From Eledone cirrhosa (taxonomy: Eukaryota), in contig OZ024740.1 of assembly GCA_964016885.1 (NCBI GenBank), forward strand, positions 189,038,001-189,102,000: DNA of 64,000 nt, read 5' to 3'. This document shows, piece by piece, positions 56,892-64,000 of the stretch (positions are counted from its first letter, which is position 1; every line of letters starts with the position of its first letter). The translations under genes were made by a program, and so were the position numbers. The notes under the pieces are model-generated. The model ran no database searches and was not told the origin of the DNA. It worked only from the letters and a program-made list of their open reading frames with translations.

Positions 56892-57254
56892 CTTGCCTCA
56901 AGTGGGACAATTCCCGTCTAAACCCATGCTAGCGTGGAAGATAGACGTTAAACGATGATGGTGATGATATATATATAGTGTAGGTGATTCAGTGAATTAC
57001 CGGTGTCGGTACCAAATCATGCACTCTAGGCACAGGCAGAGTGTATATATTAGAAAAAATGAGCAAGTTTTGTTTACATGTATATGGTTTTTTTTTGTCA
57101 TATCGCCAGTCTGAAGAGCAGATTGATAGTGGAGTCTGGTCCATAACTCCTATGGATGACCTTGAGCCAATCCAGGCTGATATAAAATAAATTTTATATA
57201 CATGTAAACGAAAATCTTCGATTTTTCATTTATATATATATATATATGTATAAT

Positions 57255-57613
57255 GGAGGCACATAGCTTAGTGGTTAGAGCATTGCCCTTGCAATCGAAA
57301 GGTTGTGAGTTCAATTCTCAGACCAGGTGATGTGTTGTTTCCTTGAGCAAGACACTTTATTTCACATTGCTCCAGTTTACTCAGCTGTAGAAATGAGATG
57401 ATAGGGACTGAGGTCCCTATCATTCCACTGCAAAGTGGTTGTGGAGGTGTCACGGTAAAAAAGCACCCAGCACTCACTGTAAATGAGGTTGGCGTTAGGA
57501 AGGGCATCCAGCTGTAGAAATCAAGCCAGAATCAGTTCCCGTCCCACCCTTGCAAGCAGGGAAAAAGCGGACGTAAAATGAAATGATGATGATGAAATGA
57601 TGATGATGATGAT
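57255..57613 (+). mobile_element. Full-length family 1 SINE
   Basis: Highly similar to 27594-27938. Confidence 0.88.
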
Positions 57614-57668
57614 ATTTAATTAGAAAGTGAGCGTCTGGATCGGTCAACAGACAGAGATGTTATAACAT

Positions 57669-57736
57669 CTCTGTCTGATGACCGATCCAGACGTATATTA
57701 ATATTGTCTGGTATCTAGAAACCTTTGGTAATGGAG
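57669..57736 (+). ncRNA. Hammerhead motif inside a nested fold-back element (57614-57835)
   Basis: CTCTGT-CTGATGA-CCGATCCAGAC..GTCTGGTATCTA-GAAA-CC(TTT)GG-TA^ATGGAG. Confidence 0.75.
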
Positions 57737-58218
57737 TAGTTATATTTTGTGTTGTTCACTTTCTAATTAAATAGCTCTGTTCTATACATAGAGCACTCCT
57801 TTTTCCTTTGCTTTTTCTTAGGAATTAGCTAAAATATATATATATATAAGAAAAAATATTTTCGTTATATATATATACTTGTATGTATATATGTATTCAT
57901 ACACATCTTTTTGCCTCTTCTTGCTCAGTGAGTTGCAACACATTCAATGAACAGACTCATAGAAACATCTGTATGAGTTAATAAATGATGTAACTTCATC
58001 TTTTCATTCCTCTCATTGTCATCATACTCTAAATGTACACATTCATTTCTCATATTTGGATATATGTTAATGTAAACTTAATCTAACCAAAGCAACAGGA
58101 TTTACCACTGTTTTGGAGTGGGTTGCTTTGCACGGTGAGAGTGCATTGAATCTCAATATTTGTTGTAACGCATAATGCACCTCAGGCATTTGTTCACATA
58201 TCTATCTATCTGTCTATA

Positions 58219-58754
58219 TAAAATAAAGTTAAATAAAAGTCAAATGATTAAAATTTAGCTTCGTTTATTACTGCTATATATATTTCAGTGACAGCCATCT
58301 TTGGCTGTGACCTCTTCAGGCAGTTTGAATTAGTATGGTATAGACAAGTACATATGTTGTTTAGGTGTATGATATTGTCAATACTCTGATATGCCCAGTT
58401 CCTTGCTGGGTTGTTAATTCACTGGGGAACTGGAGTCATATGACTCCAGTTCCCCAGTGAATTAACAACCCAGCAAGGAACTGGGCATATCAGAGTATTG
58501 ACAATATCATACACCTAAACAACATATGTACTTGTCTATACCATACTAATTCAAACTGCCTGAAGAGGTCACAGCCAAAGATGGCTGTCACTGAAATATA
58601 TATAGCAGTAATAAACGAAGCTAAATTTTAATCATTTGACTTTTATTTAACTTTATTTTACACTACTCCGGAGTAACCAAACCAACCTGCGCACTTCGTC
58701 GAGTGCTCCAGCCTGCATACTGAGGTGTTGGTATACAACCAACATAAACTCAAA
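58219..58754. mobile_element. Young family B PLE fold-back: 442-bp palindrome (58219-58660) plus tail, 17-bp TSD, hammerheads at 58555-58609(+) and 58270-58324(-)
   Basis: Centre GGAGTCAT|ATGACTCC; TSD ATCTATCTGTCTATATA at 58204-58220 and 58755-58771; ACTGC-CTGAAGA-GGTCACAGCC/GGCTGTCACT-GAAA-TATATA-TA^GCAGT-AATAAA. Confidence 0.92.
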
Positions 58755-61700
58755 ATCTATCTGTCTATATATTTATTTATTAAAATAAAAAAATTAAAGT
58801 TTAAGCAAAGAATCGCTGCTTTCACACTTATTTATTATTAATTTATATATATATATATATAAGAATGATTTCATTGGTGGTTGGTGTTCTTTAATAGTTC
58901 AAATCTTTACAGTAAGTAATTGATATTAATTCTGGTAAGTGCTTGTCAACTTAAGTCAACAAGTACTTGGGTTAAGAAGGACTTAATAGAACTAATACCA
59001 ATAATGGATTACTCTGAATATTTGAACTATTAAAGAATTAAAGAACACCAACCACCAGTGAAGTCACACATCTCTTTTTTCAAATATACTGTACCAAGCA
59101 ATTTACTTCATTTTCCACTACATGCTTGTGCTTGAAGCTTTTTTAAGTGAGGTAAGGCTCTACAAAGAGCCTTTCCCACTCTCTGAACATCGAATGCATC
59201 TACTCAAAAAGTGGAACTGGTCTACATCACTGGATGCAAACAAAGTTGTAGGTGTTACATCGGAGTGACCTTCTCATAGAAAGATGTCTTAACAAAGACT
59301 AGGGGTCTCTCACTCCACTGCGCCCCTCAAATAAATATATACATATATATATCATCATCATCACCTTTTAATGTCCATTTTCCATGCTAGTATGGGCTAG
59401 ACGAGTTGCCCTGTTGTGAGACAAGCAAGGCCTGATGACTATGACTTGCACATACAGGACTGGGTTCTATGTCTAAATGCACTTCCTAACACCAACCACA
59501 TTTACAGTGTGGGCTGGGGACTTGGGGAGGTAGATCTAGGGGCATGTGTGAGGGGGTGGGGTGTTCAGGCATGGATGGACTGTTAGAACATGGGAGGTGC
59601 ATATATACACTTATATATATATATATATATATATTCTTACATGTATATATTCTTATATATATGTGTGTATACATACACATAGCCTTGTCCGTTTGTAAAT
59701 GTGGGCATTAAATAATGCTGCCGATGATGAGAATTACTAAAAATATGAATAGAAACAATATGCCATCTAAAATAATTGAAATAGATTATTGTGTAACAAA
59801 CTTTTGTTTCTACTGTTTAAGGAAAGTATTTTACTTCTATAAACAACAAAATGTATCTCTAATTCATAGTAAGTATAAGCTGGAATCTTTAATGCACTTA
59901 GGCTATTCGTTATTTCTTTTAAAACTTGTATTCATTCATCAATTCTTTCAACATGAAATATAAAATCATCAGATTTGTACCCTTTAGTTTACCCTAATAT
60001 CACTGTATTAATGTATTAGCTTTCCCCTAAAATCTACATAATCATTTCCCTTCAAACCCATACAGACGTTCACTGCTGATTTTATTTTTAATGATAGCAT
60101 TAACATTCAGGCATGTGGATTTCTGTATAAGCATTTATAGAGCTTTCCAACCCATTCACAAACATGTTAGATGCTGGAAGAATTATAGAAATAATGCAAA
60201 ATCTCTGTGGCTGTTTATATATATCTTTGACAAAATAAGATCCAAATATTTACAATTTTATGCCAGAAATAATATTCCAATAATTTCATATAGCTCTATA
60301 AAATTGTTTTGTTGGATTTGTTCCTCTGTTAGCAATTTATAACAAAAACATATCCATTAGACGAATCCTCATTAAATAAACATCTTTCACTTTTTCATGC
60401 AAACATGCTCAGGAATAATTCTTTCATTTTTAACATTTTTCTCTATTTAAATTCATAAAACATTTCCATCTTGAGTAGCTGTAGTCTGACTTTGAAATAT
60501 TTTCTATATGTTGCTCTCCCTTCATTCATCTTTCCTCCCCATGCTGGCGCTCACCTTTTCAATAAAATCTAATTCTAGCGGGACCGTTAAAATAACTATT
60601 ATTGTTTCAATTCAGCAACAGAAATTTTGGTCCCTTCAATGGATCCAACCAATCCAAATGCTTGTAAGTACATGTCTTTGTTTTTTTTCAACTGGAATGC
60701 TAAATTTCCTCTCATAGATATACCAGTATACAAGTCTCCTGTAACGTGTTGTCCCTATTATCACCAGAAAAAAAATATGTTACGATCACTATTATTATTA
60801 TTTGTTTTAGAAAGTTTTTAGATTTTGTTTTTTTTAATTTTTGAATCAGTGAATGTTTTTCAAGAACCAATGCTTTCAGAAAGGGAGGCTTAAAAAAAAA
60901 AAAAGAATCAAAGCATGCTATCAATGCAAAGAATTTGGCACCATTATATAATTATTGGCTTTGAATTGTCCTCGTTGCAATCAGGAATTTGTTAGTATTT
61001 TGTAGCATGCTTCATTCACTTAGGAAGTTTTATCCACCACTCCCACGCTATGCACAGTACCATTGTGGATAAAGAATAACAAAACAAATCAAATACATCA
61101 CTTACAGAAAGAGCTATCAGCCAAACAAATATACATCGATCTCTAATTGATAGGATGTGGAGAAATATAATATTATTTGAATATTAGATCAATATCTCAT
61201 CAGATGTTTGGAGTGATCTCACCATCACCAAACAATGCATTTATTTCTTTCTCTTCTTATCTCTTTCTATTTTCCTTTTTCTCCTCCTCTCAAACTGTCT
61301 CTACTTATTAAAATACGCAAATCTGAGAATTTACAACAGAAGAAAACAATATGCAATGTTTAAATTATTGATTGTAAAACTTGTTCAATTTTTGTTACTC
61401 TGCAACAAGTCCTTTCATAAAATATGCAGGCTCAGATAAAGAAAAAAAATCATCGAACAAATCAGTCCTTAACTGTGAAACATGAGGATAAAAAATAAAA
61501 AATGAACAGCTATTTATGATTTGCTAATTCTAAGCTTTTCTAATCCAGGATAATCCAATCATTGAATTAATCATTTGAACAATTATTACATGTGATCCAT
61601 CATTCATCCATCATGCCTTATGCATTGATCAACATGTTTTAACAAATGTAATACTTGATATTTATAATTTTAGTATTAAAATATGACATTTATAGTTATA

Positions 61701-62229
61701 AAATTCTCTAGCTTAAACACAGGAACTACAGCAAAATGTGTGACAGTTTTAGTAACACACCTAAAGCATAATATACACTAAAGTTTAATATTTAAAAAAT
61801 GGCCATTTAAGCTGTGGGTTTTTTCATCTAATTTTACATCTAATTTTATTTTTATATTTTATATACTATCTTTTTTTTATATTAATGACTTCGGCATACA
61901 TTTTATAATTCTTATCTGAGATTTTCCACACCAGTGGATTCTTACCAAACAATATACTTTTACACATTGGATTCTTTCATTCTTGAATCCTGGATATCTT
62001 TCCATCTCACTAAATAATTACAAGACAAAACTGATAATAAAAATATAACAATAATCAAAAAGTTTTAAAATGTATTTTCTTGCTCCTCATTTATTTAATT
62101 TTTTTCTATTAGAACTTAGAAAGTCACGTAAATGAAATGATGCACATATAAGTTTCTGTCATGTGTCATCTAGTGTTTTCTATTCATTCATTCATTTTAT
62201 TATTAAAGTTTTACTCATATATGCTCACA

Positions 62230-62239
<10 letters not shown>

Positions 62240-62265
<26 letters not shown>

Positions 62266-62582
62266 CACACACACATATACATACACACACACATATATTT
62301 TGTCATGTGAGTGCATGCCATTTCTTAACTATTATAATTTCCTCACTACTTCTTTATACAGCAAGGAATCTTGTATATCACTTCTTTAGTTAAGAACCAA
62401 TCACACACACACACACACATATATATATATACACACACATATACATACACACACACATATATTTTGTCATGTGAGTGCATGCCATTTCTTAACTATTATA
62501 ATTTCCTCACTACTTCTTTATACAGCAAGGAATCTTGTATATCACTTCTTTAGTTAAGAACCAATCACACACACACACACAC

Positions 62583-62585
<3 letters not shown>
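62240..62585. repeat. ~165-bp tandem duplication bounded by (CA)n
   Basis: TTTTGTCATGTGAGTGCATGCC...AAGAACCAATC occurs twice. Confidence 0.9.
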
Positions 62586-62661
<76 letters not shown>

Positions 62662-62663
<2 letters not shown>

Positions 62664-62852
62664 GAAGTGGTTACACAACAGTTAGTTCACCATACTGAGA
62701 ACAATTGTTTCACCTTAGCGGATCCTCAGCTCGTAAGGTGAAACAATTGTTCTCGGTATGGTGAACTAACTGTTGTGTAACCACTTCTACCTAACTCGTC
62801 ACATGGACTGAGTGCTCTACGACTATGGATATTACCTTCCAGGTTCTACCAC
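62662..62852. mobile_element. Fold-back PLE-like element in (TA)n with a hammerhead at 62697-62732(-)
   Basis: 56-bp arms 62662-62717 and 62734-62789; GAG-CTGAGGA-T-CC(GCTAA)GG-T-GAAA-CAATTG-TT^CTC with palindromic helix III. Confidence 0.8.
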
Positions 62853-62892
<40 letters not shown>

Positions 62893-64000
62893 CACACACA
62901 TATATATAATAAACACTTGCATGTCTTCATTCATACCCATAGCATATTAAAAAAGAAATGTGTTCATTTATATACTCAATCTTCTCATATTCTTAAGAAA
63001 GGAGTTTTTTTTTAAATTTATATATCAATATTTCATAGTTCAATGCATCAAAAGCATCTTACCCTTGTCTTTTGCTAACTGATACCCACCCTCACCTTCA
63101 ATCACATCTTCATTATGATATGTCATATAAGTCATGTCAAATTAGATTTGTCAGTAGTGTATATGTGAGAGAGGGGAGGATGATATGTTAGCTTTGCCAA
63201 TGTTTTGTGTTATAGTTTGCTTGACCATCCAGAATCTGTGAGTCACTGGTACCACAAACATGGGTACATTTTGCCCCCCACATTGAGTAATAATATTTGT
63301 AACCTTATTCCCTCTATTTCATTCACATATCCCTCCTGCCATGCACTTGTTTTATCCTCTTTACAGCATACTGTATATGGCATGCTGCAGACATTTGACC
63401 ATTTCATAATTTACTGTTGTGGTTCTTTTTGATGTTGTTATTTGTTCCCATTGTTTATGATTCTAATTATATATTTACATTGTAATTATATTTCATTCCT
63501 ATGATTACTTTTGGGGCTTAATTTCTTCGATTGCTTCAAGATCAGTAAAATTATTTGAAGACTATACTCTTGTAAATTTGTGCCCTTGTGTCAATATAAG
63601 TACTTATTGTAGTATTCAATACAATAGTGAACAAGACTAAATATCTCAAACTATTTAGTTTCAACATCTATATTTTGTTAAAATCTTAATTGTGTCACCT
63701 TTAAACTTCATTCACTTGATAGTTCTGCGACTGGAGGCTGATACACTTGACTATAATCCTTCTTATATCTATTCTAGCTTTGTGCTAATCCAAGAACTCA
63801 TTTGTCAAACAAATTTTTTATGGCATTTAGTCATTGTATTATATATTATTATAAGTTCAATTCCTACTGAGGCCTGTCTTGCTTTATATGAAATGAAGTA
63901 CCTGTCAACTATTGGAATTGATTTCATTGATTAACCCCTTTCTCAAATTTGTGATAATTATTATTATTACATAATACATATGTTTGGTCAAATTGCTATC

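Noticed and set aside
58440-58495. SECIS-like hairpin upstream of the family B hammerhead (ATGA-CTCCAGTTCC..GGAACTGG)
   Set aside because: The 3' GA of the kink-turn quartet is absent and the AA spacing does not fit
60555-60574. Minus-strand 20-nt micro-exon (ag|..ELDFIEK|gtgagc)
   Set aside because: Weak polypyrimidine tract, not frame-preserving, opposite strand to the other exon candidate; such sites arise by chance

Overview
AT-rich, microsatellite-saturated eukaryotic DNA, not prokaryotic. The RTE LINE and tRNA-SINE repertoire and the dense (TA)n/(CAT)n tracts suggest an octopus or other cephalopod intron or intergenic region (inference). No complete host gene is visible, only one plausible 66-nt exon. 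The window holds a young 5'-truncated RTE LINE with a PHD-like finger and many 3' fragments, two tRNA-derived SINE families, a Tx1/L1-like fragment, a mariner fold-back made of two left ends, a hAT MITE and Penelope-like (PLE) remnants. The main hidden signal is about 15 type-I hammerhead ribozyme motifs, intact or degenerate and with covarying stems, from several unrelated sequence families. Most sit in short fold-back (inverted-repeat) PLE-derived elements next to (TA)n tracts, including a spacer-less 442-bp palindrome with a 17-bp target-site duplication (TSD) and a ribozyme on each strand. All pairings and coordinates were read by eye, and ribozyme activity is inferred, not shown.
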